Assembly (NCBI GenBank): GCA_051362555.1
Contig: CM120642.1
Location: forward strand, 28,892,001 to 28,956,000
From: Lingula anatina
Taxonomy: Eukaryota; Animalia; Brachiopoda
Reading direction: 5' to 3'
Length of the DNA stretch: 64,000 nt
The stretch's first letter is position 1. Each line of letters begins with the position of its first letter. The position numbers and the translations under genes were made by a program. The notes beneath the pieces are model-generated. The model was not told where the DNA came from and did not search any database. It was given only the letters and a program-made list of their open reading frames with translations. This document shows, one piece after another, positions 37,931-51,900 of this stretch.

Positions 37931-39572
37931 CGTGGCAGCACAGACTGCTGAGGAGAACAGGTCACAGATAAGGAGTGTTATCGTCCATCTTGTCCAATCT
38001 TCACATAATAACAGGTCTGGTACCTGGAATATGAGATGACCATCAACATTATCACTCGTTTTCATTTTCAATATAACTATCATAATGCAACTTGTATTTT
38101 TTTAATATATAAATGCTAGTATCATTTCCATTATTCAATTTTATCAAATTTCTTACAAAGCTAGCATTTAATCTTGTAACAATTTCATCTCTGACTAACT
38201 TGGTTAATAACAGCATTTTGGAAAAGACACAATAAGTTCAAATTACCAGTTAATATCTAATTGTGACATATATGATTGATATTAAGTTCACTAAGACTTA
38301 CTAGTTATTTAAAACAGCAAGTGCTTCAACTCCTGGCCAGTCTTACAGGTATCATTGCTAAACATGACTGAGGTTTTACAGAATGAGTGGTGAGACTAGA
38401 CATCATTATCTGTGACATCTCACTCAACCTTTACCTATATTTATCATCAATTTGAAAAGACAATCAGTCCAAATAACCAGTTAATATTTAAATCTGCTTT
38501 TTAAAGCATTCATAAATTTTGTCTGAGCTATATAATTGTTGAAGAAATTGTGAATTAGTTGCCATTAATTACTCTTCTAATTTTACTCACTCGTTAGCAA
38601 AGGGAACAATTCATTAAAGAGACTTATTTGATGGTATTTTATTTTATTTATATAAAAATGCCATATAACATACATGCTTATTCCATGAGACCAGATTTTT
38701 GCTGCAAACATGGCTGCCTACCCTGCATGTTGAGACTACCACTACCCGCCGTGGACTAGTCTCTCCTCATACAAGGCGCAGCTTATATGTGAGGTGTCTT
38801 GATTATATCTCCCTGATAAGTGAAAAAATAAATGAAGTTTTGAGATTGATTTACATAACCTAAGTGAAAAATCCATTTGCTGTAAACTCTGGCGCACACT
38901 GTGGCTCATTATCATAAAGAATGACTGAAACTTGAATTTTTTGTTTATTGGTTTAAGAAATCACATATATTTAACTCCAGTAATAGAATCACTACGTGAA
39001 CTGAACTCAAGTTATACTTAAGCCAAGTTTATATCTCATAATCTTTCAAACTGAAGCATCACATTGTAAGTTAAAACATAAAACACTCAGGGGTAATCTA
39101 CAGTCTAATAGCTCCGCCATGTTTAAAATGCTCGTCGATTACCCGTTATAAATTTCACTTCTTGAACGACAATTGTCTTTAACCCTGACCTAAATTTCTC
39201 CCAAATGTCTCAACAGAAGAAAAGGTTTGGATTTACATTTTGTATTCCTAGACCTACCTCCATATAACGTTCTTCTCTCAATATATCTGGTAAATGAATG
39301 ACCTTCGCTGTCCGTCTAGCCCTCCCTTCGAGGCTCATGTGCGCATGACAAGAATAATATTACGACAATAAGTTACTAGCTTTATCGCAATCAAAATAAA
39401 GTAATTATTGAAATCACGTATTTTGCTTTCAAATTTATTTATTTATTATTACATGTTCAAATATGTTGTATAGCACTACTAAGCTTTTTTTTATCACAAA
39501 AATAGTGTCGTATGCTCTAAAGTACCTAGTGACATTGACCTAGATTTACGAGCACCTGCCTGAATTTACAAG

Positions 39573-40678
39573 ATGTTTAAAAAGTAAGGATATTTTAATA
39601 GTTAGAACAAATTGAATATAGAAATCACTGAAATCAAATGTGCCATTTCGTTTAACGTTAATTGATGATGTCGCAAATATTTTAAACTTTACTTTTGATT
39701 GTAAAATAACTCTTTCATGGTGAGCTACGTTAGTTAGACCCAGTCATTCATTGAATGACAGTAAGGTGGGATGTTTGAACGTAGATTAACCCTAGTGACC
39801 ATAAAAATAAATGGCCTTTAACTCATTCATGTCCACTTGCTACATTTAAAATTTCGTATTCATCGAAAATTAAATCAGTGTGTTCACTGATGCTTTGTTA
39901 CACCAGTAATGTGAGACGTTTTCTTCCACTGCACAAATGTTGAAGTTGGCACCTTTTCAAACTTCAAGATTTGACATAACTTTTATTTGGACTTGGCTGC
40001 ACATTTGAGTAAACACTCGTTCAATTTCAAACCTTCTAAAAATCAAAGATTCAGTTTTAAATACATTTCCTGTGTAATAATTTTCAGATTTGAGGAAAAG
40101 GAGAATGTATCTGGTCTTAATCAGGTGAAGTCGTCAGTCCTGAGAGGAATACGCAGCACTCTTTTGGATCAGTACCCACAGATCGAACCATACTTAGATG
40201 AAATTGTACCCAAAAAAGGAGCTCTTAAAGTGGTCAAATGGTAAGCTGGATAAGATTTTGGATTGATTCTTTTAGTGCTCATTTCCATTGAAACTGTCAG
40301 TATACAGTTCATAGATTGATCTAACTTTGCAGGGACTCTCATGAATGCAGTCAGTTTTAAAGATTAACAGTGCTCAAGTAATCACCAGATTTTCTGTGTT
40401 CTACTCAATGCCACAAGGAAGCCTGTTAATCTGTTATACTGCTTGCATTCAGAGAGTTGGATGGATCTATGTTGATAGATAGTTTTAAATGGGAATGAGC
40501 TTTAGATTATTTGTTTTGTGACTTTTGCAGGCGTTTTGCTGAAACAAATAATTTTGGTGTTAAAATGCTGTTTGTTTTTACTATTGTAGATGAGTTTGTT
40601 TTGCTTGAGTATTTGTTATGGATAACTGAATCATTCTTTTATATTTATTAGCAATATACTTATGACTATTCTTTATAA

Positions 40679-40710
<32 letters not shown>

Positions 40711-41195
40711 TGCATAAATTGAAAAAAAATCTATTCCAGAAACATTTCAGTGCAGTGCAGTGCACATCTCATATACTTAGCAAATGTTTATTCCATTTTT
40801 TCAGCCAGGAACACATTGAAGTGTTGGCTGGAGCAAATGGTGAATTGCTGTTTTTCAAACAAAGGGAAGGTCCTTTTTATCCCACCTTGAAACTTGTACA
40901 TAAATGTAAGTACAGGGCTCTGTCAAACCTCTTAATTATTTATTGATTAGCATTAGATTGAGTAAAGTTACAGTAGGAGGATGTTTTCTACTCATTCCAT
41001 ATTTGAGAATGTACAAATTAAAGTGAAAAGCTAAAGATGATAACCTTTTACAGCAATTTGGATAATCATTTCAAATTAATATTAATTTTTGAAAAGCATA
41101 CAGAGAGCCTTTACCCCCTCCCTTCCCCAGCATACAGTTTGTAGACTTGTGACAATGATGATAAAAATACATGACCCCTAAGTTATATATATAAG

Positions 41196-41230
<35 letters not shown>

Positions 41231-41488
41231 CAGTATTGCCTACTCTGTTTCAGATCCATTCATTGCCCCAGCCATGCAGGTGGACAAAGGTGCAATCAGG
41301 TTTGTCCTGAGTGGAGCCAACATCATGTGTCCCGGTCTCACGTCTCCGGGGGGCAGGATGACACGGGTGGACAAAGACACCATAGTTGTATCCCTTCAAG
41401 TAGAATTTAATAATACATGTTTATTATTATTTATTATTCTGCAATTGTGATAACAGGAATGCTTGATCAGTTAGTATTCTATTAGGTG

Positions 41489-41526
<38 letters not shown>

Positions 41527-42093
41527 TTTATTATTATTAAGGGATCTAGTATAAAGTTCAGGTATTCATCTCTTACTTTAAAGAACTATTTTATTGAAGT
41601 GGAGAAATGAAGTTTTTTATATTGATAAGATATTTTTAATGTTTCCACCTTGACTGTAGAATAGATACTTACTGCAGAAGGCAAGGAAAATGCGATAGCT
41701 GTTGGTATAACCAAAATGTCCACAGATGAAATGTATGTATGGAGGCTGCGAGCATTTAAGATAATTATTATTGAGTTTAAATTGTCATTTTTGATAGATC
41801 CTTTCATGCAATAAGTAATTAGTCAGTCCTAAACTATTATCATGATTATTGCTTTAAATAAAATTGCTTTATTGTTTTCCGATGAGTTAGTTTACAAGAC
41901 AAAATTTGAATGGTGATTATTGCATTTGTTTGAATTTCATTTAAAGAGTATATTAGTATTTTTAGCAAGCAACAATTTAAAGACATTTATAAAAATCTTT
42001 ATTTTTTGCAGATTACAGAAGAACAAAGGCATTGCAATAGACAACATACATTTTCTCAATGATGGTCTATGGCATATGAAACCTGTGAAATAG
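39573..42093 (+). CDS. MCTS1: Malignant T-cell-amplified sequence 1 (PUA-domain translation re-initiation factor)
   Basis: Exons 39573-39583 (MFKK), 40088-40240, 40805-40905, 41254-41387 ([24 protein letters not shown]), 41665-41732, 42012-42093 ([20 protein letters not shown]). Phases consistent. Confidence 0.96.
41388..41664 (+). other. U12-type (minor spliceosome) GT-AG intron of MCTS1
   Basis: 5' splice site GTATCCCT, branch site CCTTGAC at 41648-41654 with the branch A 11 nt from the 3' end, no polypyrimidine tract. Restores the frame TIV|ILTAEGK. Confidence 0.75.
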
Positions 42094-42999
42094 CATTATT
42101 AGAACTCATGATTGTCAACTCCATGCTTGTAAAATATTCAGCTCTGAGAGAAGTTCTTGGAAGAGAAAAAGAATGGGAAACTGTGTTAAGATGGACACTG
42201 TTCATTCAGTAGCAGCTTTTTTTTACACATGAACTGCTGACTTAATTCCTATTTAAAGACTGTCTCCAAGATTATTCCCTTTCTGATTATGCTGTTGATA
42301 TATACCAAGCACATGTCTGAGACATACCTGCTTATTACATTATTTATATTAATAAATACTTAAAATGGTTGTTATACAATTGTAATTTGACACTGTATAT
42401 CTACTGCATTGATCATTGGAAAGAAGAGGTATGTGATTATGTCTTGGAAATTGAAAAATACATGTCACAGTTCATGTGGTATTTAAAAAAAAACAGGGAA
42501 ATTTAGAAAATAAATATGAATCTCTTACTTGTGTCACCATTTTTACTGCATGTGAAAAAATAAGTTGTTTCTGCACAAAATAACAATAATAAATAATAAT
42601 AATAAATACATAGATAAATAATTTAAAATAAGAGTAATGAAAATATGTAATTTGAGGTAATTAAATGGCAGCAATCTTCTTTTAATATATCCGAATGAAT
42701 TCTTTCATACATTATTAAACTTGTTCACTAAGTTTGCAGCAGTTCCATTTAATTTTCTTTCAAATTATTTAAGAATTTGAAGTAGATGTATATTTACCCG
42801 TACAAATGTTTAACTTTTCAAATTAATTGCTTTATTTTTGATAAAACTATTACTATTACCGTAGATGGTACAAAAACCTCTCTCTGTTGTGCACATGCAA
42901 CCTCAAAAGCTTGTTATTATTGTATTGTGTTTGATACGACTAAACGACAAATGCGTTGGATGCGAAGCTCTCCTGTCAAAAGAGTCAAAGAAACGATGT

Positions 43000-43087
43000 A
43001 AGAGTCCGCCATTTTCAAAAGAAGTATTTCTTCGTAGTCAACAAAATGTTTCAGTTTTAAATGAAAATAAAGGAACATGAGCATAAG
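43000..43087 (+). promoter_or_regulatory. Probable CEP135 core promoter / non-coding first exon
   Basis: YY1-like CCGCCATTTT at ~43006-43015, donor AAG|GTGAGC at 43088, acceptor TTTCAG at 45912 just upstream of the CEP135 ATG. Confidence 0.35.
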
Positions 43088-44014
43088 GTGAGCAAACGCG
43101 GAATGTTCACAACCATTCTTATATTTTAGCTAATGATACAGTTCCAGAATCGTCCTCTATGCAGTTTAAAATGCACACTGAGTAAATGTTGTGATTTAGA
43201 CTTGGGTTTCCACTCACTTTTACCCACTAAGTTTACATCTGGCAGATAGTGAGCTTATGTACTAACTAAGCGCTGCTAAACTATTAGACATTTATCATTA
43301 AACGTCGCTTTATTCTATGCTAACCTCGTCCCTCTTTCTGCCCTCCTCCAGTCCCCCATCTCCCTATCCCAATGTTGCCAAATCGTGCAGTGTGGTCCCC
43401 ACTTCAAACATGTAAGTCGTTCATGGTCATTTACAATGTTATGCCTTTGGGCAATGTTTCTAATTTACTGATGTTTTATGCTGTGGAACTGATCTCGTCT
43501 CTCATCATTGAAAAAAAAAAAAAAACATCAGGTACATGACAGGTAAGGTAATGAAGTGATGAACTAATTCGAGTAGCAGGGACACTGATCAAGGTCACCA
43601 TAATTATTTTTGAATTTAGGAAATCATTGAAAAGCACAGACATTGTGAAGGGTACACAACAACTACAGCTATATGTATGTAAATTTATTTTAGAACAAAT
43701 ATTACTACAATATTAGTATCCTAGTCATTATATAATTAACTTCTGTAATCTCATTTTAATATTTGAATGCAGCACAGATGTCTCAACTCTGCCCTGTTTT
43801 CATTATCTTTTTTATTGAATTGAACATGTAAAGATTATCATTTCAGTAGTATTTAGGGCACCTGAAACTGCGTCACTTGTATAATATGTATACTCACGTT
43901 TTTCTTTCTTTCTAAAAATGTTGGTCATATTATGTCTCACTGTCAATATTATATTATTTTATATTGTTTTATTGTAATCCTATTAGTTACCCTTAAATAT
44001 ATCATTATTTGTAG

Positions 44015-45676
44015 CAGACATGCTGAAAATTGCCGGCCGCCGGCCCTTGACCCACCAATCAGGCAGTCGGGCCGACAATATTCTTAAAATTTTAGTGTAT
44101 GTCGGCCCAATTGGACCGGCAATAATTTCTGACTCACCTAGTATGGTTATTAATTTTTCAAAAATCTTCCACCCATTATGTTTATTAACTACCTCTCGTA
44201 CCGGTGGGAAATTATACAAGTACAAGCCAGGCTTTTTATTTTCTTAAATTGAAGTATAATGAGAAGAAAATCGAGATCTCAACTCATTACCTACTGTTCG
44301 ACAAACAGCACTGGAAAGTAGGTCAAGCGGAAGGCGCTCTCTAAACACTATGATACATGCGTTGTCTGATTTCAGTTTCTATAAATAGACGTGCTTTCCC
44401 TTCAACAGTGACAACTACTCATGTATATCGATTGAATGATGTCATGTCGCACGGTGATAGGATCATATTTATAGCCAAACGAGGTCATTTGAAGTGCAGC
44501 AAAGAAGTTTTTTCAGTTTTCAAAAGTCAATTATTTCATGTGGATTTATAATTTAAACGATGTTAAATCACACTTCTATGTAAGAAAAACCCTTAGGAGT
44601 TTACAGGTACTCAGTATGCAAAACAAACCTTATATCTGAGAATAAATTTCCTTTGAATAATACGTCTCCTAACAGCGTATAGCTATCGGAGGCGGCTTTG
44701 GTGCGTCTTCGGACCCTGCAGCTGACGATTATGAAATTGAACTTGTATCCGTGGATGCTGTTCACACGAATGTATGATGTATTTTCATCATGACATTAGG
44801 CGGTGACAAAAATGACATTTTGATACATTATTCAGAACGTATGGCAATTTTTTTTTTTTGAAAAAATGATGTCCTGTTTTCAATATAAATAAATTATAAT
44901 ACTGAGTGAATTCTACCTGCTGAAAGTTTTTTTTTACAATGATAAAGTTTTTTTCTTTCTCTTCCTCTTCTTTATTTTTATTTATATTTTTTATTCCATC
45001 CAGTACTTTTATTTTCTTTCTCTTCTTCTTCTTTATTTTATTTATTTATTTTATTCCATCCAGTACTTTTATTAAATTTCGAGATTTTTTTCCACCCAGT
45101 ACTTTTATTCCATCAGTACTTTTATTCGATACTTCAGAGTAATACAATTTACTGTTAAGCTCTATATAATGCAAGTTAAAGTCATGTGTACAGGGTAGGT
45201 TGGGATAATTTGACATTAAGTTTAAAACTGCTGTAAGAAACTCAAAACTTTGAAAAGTGCTCTTGGATAGTTTAGACGGATGATTTAGCTCAGGTAAGGC
45301 CTGGTTTAAGGTTAGTCTAGGAAAATTGCAGTTTACCTATGGAAAATTTGTCTTCTGTGAGTTTTGATGCCTTTTTTGGCCCTTAGTTTACCTTTAAGTC
45401 ATATATTACCCAGATGTTATCTGAGCAGTAAAATGTCTCTTCAATAAAAGATCTATTCAAAGATGCAGTTATTTGATTTTTGATCACCTAATTGCTACTC
45501 AACTGTCCTTTTAAAGTGTATAAAGCAGAAGTTAAAAGTGCACGGTTTTTACGCGAAATAGGGTAAATATATGTGCGAAAAACATTTGGGCCGGCAATAT
45601 CTTGTCCGGGCCTGCAATATTCAGATCTAAGCAGGCCAATTGGCCTGCATTGCCCTCAGAGTTTTCAGCATGTCTG
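44015..45676. mobile_element. 1.66-kb non-autonomous TIR DNA transposon (P-element- or hAT-like)
   Basis: Perfect 15-bp TIRs CAGACATGCTGAAAA / TTTTCAGCATGTCTG; direct repeat TTTGTAG at 44008-44014 and 45677-45683; subterminal GGGCCG.CAATAT motifs; internal 60-bp tandem duplication at ~44950-45070. Confidence 0.85.
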
Positions 45677-45953
45677 TTTGTAGTTGTTTATGACATAAGC
45701 TGAATCATTTGATGTACATTAGGGTTAAATTCAAAAAAGTTCTTGTTCATTTCAAGAAAAGTTCCATGAGAAATTATTGTGCACATCTCTTCATCTCTCA
45801 GTTGCTAAACCTTTTAAAATATGTGCATAAATTACCAGCAAAATCACAGACATTGTGAAGGGTAAAATAAGTATGACTAGATACTGATAAGTAACTAATT
45901 TCATCATTTCAGGAATAACATGAGATCATTTCACTGATACCAAGACTACAAAA

Positions 45954-48900
45954 ATGGCCTCCTCTGCATTAATGCAGCAAAAATTTGCAAATCTGCGCAA
46001 GCGTCTGGACCAGCTGGGCTATCGGCAGCCTCTGGGGGTGGAGTCCCTGCCTCTGGTGGAGAAGTTGTTTGCTGACTTGATTCACACCACGGAGAGTCTG
46101 AAGAAGTCCAAGTTGGCATCGGGTGGTGGCTCAGATGAACCCCAGACCCTCAGTGCGCAGATTGAACCCTATAAAAGTGACAATGCAAAGCTTGTGAGAG
46201 AAAACAATGAGTTGCACTTGCAGCATATTAAGCAGAAGGAAGAGGCTGAGTTTACTATAAAAGGTAATACATATGACATGTATTTTTTGCTCTAGATATT
46301 TATTGCCCTTTTTATTGATTTTAGATAGCAATCACTGAACAACTTTCATATTCTGGCATAAATTACTAGTTCAAACAAGTGTCTTTATTAGAAAACATTT
46401 ACTAGTTTTGAATATAAATGAAGCCACAGTTTCTAAGAAACCAAAAAGAAAATTATTATTATTATTATTAATTTTTTTTTACTTTTAAATGAAGTAGTTA
46501 TTTGATTACATCAGTTGAGGTTTTACAAGAAAAAAAAAAGATGGAAATGCTAATAATTGAAATGCTGATGGATGTCACATTGGATTGTTTTAAAGATAGT
46601 CAGAGACAGTCAGTAGTCAGAGTTTTTTCCAGTATTGGGGGTACAGGCTGTGCAAAATTATCTCCTGTAATTTCCTACAAAATTTCAGAGAGTCCAAGCC
46701 ATCATTTTTCAAAAAAATTCATAAGTTGTCCATTTGCCTTTGAAAATATTGTCCCTCTAGTAATCTTGGCAGCCTTGCAAATGACGGCTGGACAGTTTGC
46801 TGGGAAAACCCTTGGTCATAGATAAATGAATTCTTAGGAAGATGGAGCAGTTTATTTTCACTATAATAAAATGTGCAGATTTAGACCCAAGAGCCATAGT
46901 GTAACCATTAATTAACCTCTTTTTTTTTCTTGTGTTATAGATTTAAAAGCCTCTTTAAGAAAGCTAGAACATGAAAATGCAGACCTCAAGTTTCTCAACA
47001 ACCAGTACATCCACAAGATCCGAGTACTGGAAAAGGAATCCAAGGACAAAACTGACAAGATCCTTCATTTACAAGAGAAGAACTTCCATGCTGTTGTACA
47101 GACACCAGGTAAGACCACTCAGGGGGAAGATTATATGCTGACCACAAAAATCAAAAAGACTGATCTATTTTCTGATGATGGCCAGAGCAGTGCCAGAGGA
47201 CAAGATACCTGGTCGTGCCATTGATTAGTTACAGCCCATTTTTTTTATGATTTTGTTTTAATAATTTCATAACATGTAAAACTACAGAAGCAAGGTGTGA
47301 GTTGATTCACTGTTTTCAGACTAAGTTATCCTTCCTAACACATATCCTAAAATCTGATCTTGGATTACTCCAACTGGCAAACTTTATGGCTTATGAAATA
47401 CACTCATGTGACTCTAATCTTTAACTCTTGTCATAATTCAACCAGAAATGTTCACACCTGTTCTTTTTATGTTGCCTTGTTTTAATTGTTTAATTTTATA
47501 GTTGCAGCTTGCAGTAATGCTTTGTTATCTGGAATTATTTCTCACTTTTTCATTTGAATGGGTAGGAGGAAAAAAGAAGACCATTCCATTCAGACGGCAA
47601 CGCATGGAGATAGATTCCACCCTACCCCCAGCAGAGAGACTTCATGTCCCCCCTGGAAGTCAAGTAGAGGACCCCTTTGTGGCTGATCTTCTTCAGTTGG
47701 CAGACAAGAAGATAGAGGAAATGACGGGGCAGGTGAAGAAATACAAGGATCTCAATGAAATTGCTGAAGGAAAAATCAAGAATCTCCGCACTCAGGTAGG
47801 TTTGCTGTTGTTTTAATTTTATTTAAAATTCATTTCTATGCTTAATGAATAGGTGTCTGGCAAACCTATAGCTCTTCAAGCTGCTAGGGGTAATTAAGCA
47901 TAGTCAGCTACCTTCTACTTACTCAAAGGGGCGTGGCAGACAATTAAGCTGATTACACTGAAAGCAGTTTAGCGAGAACCCTCACAAAATTAGATTGATC
48001 CAGCTAATACCATGGGTTTATGAGAACGCAGTCACAGAAGTGGCAAAAACTTTTATAGTGGTGCAAAAATGGAACTGAAGGGGGGGGGGGGGGGGGGATA
48101 TGAAGGAATGACCCTTAAAAGGGTACCTGTGCTCCATACAGATGTGCATTGTTCTAACAGTTACAAGCTATTTATGGACAAAAATTTGTTTTTTTTACTT
48201 GTCTATTTGTTGGCAGTGAAAAACACTGGGTTTGACAGATCTTATTTTGCTATAGTCAGGTAGCTCAAGAGAGATCACTTTATTAGCATTTCATGTCAAT
48301 ACGGTTAAAAATAAGTTTTTCTCTAGCCAAAGTAATTAATCATAAGGATTGTTTCAGTATGTCATTGAGCTTAGATACAAAATGGCTACTGTATATAGTT
48401 TGACAGAGTCTCAGCAAAGTTAAAAATATGGTTAAAAATGTAGAGCAATTTGGGGTGGAAGTGGATCTTCTTGGAGCCTATTGGTAATCACTGGTTAAAT
48501 AATGTTTTGATATTAGTGCATCTATTTCAAATTCTATTGACCACCTAAACTGAAGATTTAACCCAAATAATATTACTATGCTTTTGTTTGTTTGTCGGGA
48601 GAGAGTAGCAAGGCCTAATGAAAATAATAGTGAAAGGTAAACTTCTGTATTTAAGTAATGCAAATTACAATGAAAGATGAACTTCAAAGACCAGGGCTGA
48701 AAAAATGCCTTGGTTTATATTTAAAGGGATAATAACTCTTCATATGAGATCTATATTTCACAATAAAAACATTGTGAACAACTCATAGAAATATAATATA
48801 TTCTGTTTTACCACAAAAATGGCATTTATAGCCATTATTTTGATATCTGAGCTTGTCTTTAGACCACATGACCTCCAATGATGGCTATACTCTGTTATAA

Positions 48901-51900
48901 TCTCTTAAGAGATTATAACAAAAAAAACAAACTTTTTAGAAAAAAACCAGGGACTAACTTTGAATGTAAAAATGGATTCATTAACCATTGGTAAGTATGG
49001 GAAAATTGTTGTTCACTCCAGGAAAATTCATTTTTTGGCCAAAACCAAGAGTTATTATCCCTTTAATATATATTTTAAATTCTTCAGAATTTAGGTAGAT
49101 CAAATTATGTCAGAGAGGGGAAGTAGACCGTAGCTAGGTTTAAGGTTAGGTTAGTAGCCCACATTCTTTTCAATGCAGAAATATGAAATATGCTTCTTTT
49201 TACTCTTGATATTTTCTTAATGCAGGTATTGTCACCTGTCACTTTACTTGAACTAGTATGTCCTTGTGTGAGGACCTTTTTAGAAGGGGAGAACTGATGT
49301 GGAAAATGGGGTTAAACATGTCATTTTCACTAAATATTGTTTAGTCTGCAGTTCCATTTGAATGACTACTCACCTTACAGAGGGACTTGAAAGGATTATA
49401 TTTCATAAATGCTCAGTAAATATGTTATATATGCCTCCTTGACTTTCTTATTATCTCAATTTTTACTGGACACATATATTAGTGGGATCAGGGGAAAGAT
49501 GAAGAGAACTCTGTATAACTGTAAGTCTGATGCTATGTCAAATACTATTCACTTTGCTTTTTGGACTGTTATTTTTATCTAAGTAATTGACAATTTGCAA
49601 AGTGTATAAAAAGCTACACAAATGATATCAAGAAAATGATTTAGATTTTTTTAAAGGCATTCTTTCTGCAGTTTCACACCATCCCCCCTGTGAAAGTTTT
49701 GTACACGAGTGTGCAGCCTAGCAACATGTAAACAATATGGCTGCAGCAAATGAGGGTTCACTTTTCAATCCAGGTGTGTACTGATTGGTTCCTTTAAACT
49801 GTTGGGCCGGCCCCTCCCCCAGGGTTAGCATATGAAAGCTGAGCATTAGGATTAATGAGTATTGAATTTCATAATCAAAGGCTCCCCATAATGCACTGAC
49901 ACAGTATCAGGGTAAGCAAGCATGCACCGTGTAAACAACCCTTCTTATCACTGACTGTTGAAATTCAAAATGAGGTATGGGTTTACGTTGACCTAGTTAA
50001 CCGGCTTACTGTGAGTAAAAACTGCTGAGAGCATGTATGAAGTGGGTTTGATGCGAGTTGACTGAGGTAATGTCCCTAAGACCTAGAAGCTCCTCACACC
50101 AGAGGAGCAGAACCAGGGTAAGTCATTGATTGACCAGTTCTGTGACAGTTTTTATCCACTTTTAATGACTGGTATTACTGGAGGTATTGACCCTGTCTAT
50201 TGGGTATGCGCTGGCTCCATGTAACAGTGTGTTTGCATAGGGGTGTCTGATGTTTATTGTGCAAGCAGCGATAGTTTGGGTTCAAAGACAGTTGTAGGCT
50301 TGGCACAGGTCTTTGTCACATTCCCTTGCTGGTTGTGGTGCATGCAGGTGCACTGTCAGTGTCTTAGAAGGTAAGTGGGGAGCTGTTTCCTTGTTTTTAA
50401 TTTTTCTGGTGGCAACTTGTATTAGAGGTCATGTTGTCTCACTGAGGAAGATTTAAACTGAAATCATTTTCATTTTCTTTCAACTTTCATGTGGATTTCA
50501 TGTGAAGACCTGATATGAACAGAAAGTGCATGTACCAGTATACTCTACAGATGCAACAAGTTTTCCTTTCATACAAAGCTCAAATTTTCTCTCACTGCAA
50601 CAGAATCTAGCAGAGGGTCTCCAGGGTGATTGATTCAGTTGGGTTTTCCCCAGCAATTACCAGTGCACTAAGATCAGCTGTTCTCCCTCAGCGTTAAGTG
50701 CACTGAACCATTGCAGTGTTCCTGTCTGATCTATTATGTCTACCTTCTGGTGATGGATAGGTGTCAGATAATAGAATAACTTTATTGAGCTCTGGATATT
50801 ACAATTTACAGAGTGAAGCACAAGATTAGAGTAGACAAAGAAAAGTGCTATTTATATTATTTTGGAAATAAAAACAGTATGGGCAGAGATGGGGATAATA
50901 TACTTGATAGCACCATGGGTTTCTTTTAACTGGATACTCATATTGTTATCTGCATGGTTGTCAGTGGAAATGGCAGAGGCAAAGTGACAGTGGAGGGATT
51001 GGGGGGGGGGGGGTCATTGCACTTTGAAATACAGGGTGCATTTGACCATATGAAATGATGAGAATGTCTAAGGGCTTACTAAGAGCGCATTCTCAACGAA
51101 TTAAGCCAGGCTTTACAAAGCCGGTGACCTAAAAATGGCGGACGTACATGAAAGAAAACCCGCCTAATCTTTTAATAGTCTCTCCGCCTCCCCACACGTC
51201 GTCCCTGCGGGGTACAGTAATTAAATCGCGTCTCCGTTCGCCATGCGGAAGCTACCTGAGAAATATTAAGTGCACATGCTCATCAGTTAAACTCGTGGTG
51301 AAGAAAGCATGGCGGCTGAAGGCGATCGAAGGAAAAAAGCTCTTCTGTTCTATTATCTTTGAAAACAGAGACGAAAAAGGAATAATTTGGCCCGTAGAGC
51401 AGCAATGAATCGACTATCTACGGAGATAATATCACCAGAGATATTCACGGAAATATTAATGTTCGGAGCCGAGATTTAATTACTGTACCCCGCAGGGACG
51501 ACGTGTGGGGAGGCGTGTGAGAGGCGGAGAGACTATTAAAAGATTAGGCGGTTTTTCTTTCATGTACGTCCGCCATTTTTAGGTCACCGGCTTTGTAAAG
51601 CCTGGCTTAATTCGTTGAGAATGCGCTCTAACATATTATCTTCTCCTGTGCAATATCTGCATATGCCTGGTAGAACAGAACTACAGCATACGTATTGAGT
51701 TTATATCAGGGAATGATTGTGTGGAGTTGGCATTCAGTTGGCTCACTTTTATTAGGTTCATTAGCAAAGAGAAAATAACTCTGTGGTCCATTCAGAGACC
51801 AGTTATAAATAAGTAATAGGTATTTAGTCCTGGTTAATCTCAGTAAGAAGTTAAACTCAGGTTTTATAATAGGTTTTTACCTTGACTTTCAGAGTTTGTT

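Noticed and set aside
39046-39120. Divergent gene starting ATGGCGGAG upstream of MCTS1
   Set aside because: Only 24 codons to a stop with no convincing donor; more likely a YY1-type promoter motif.
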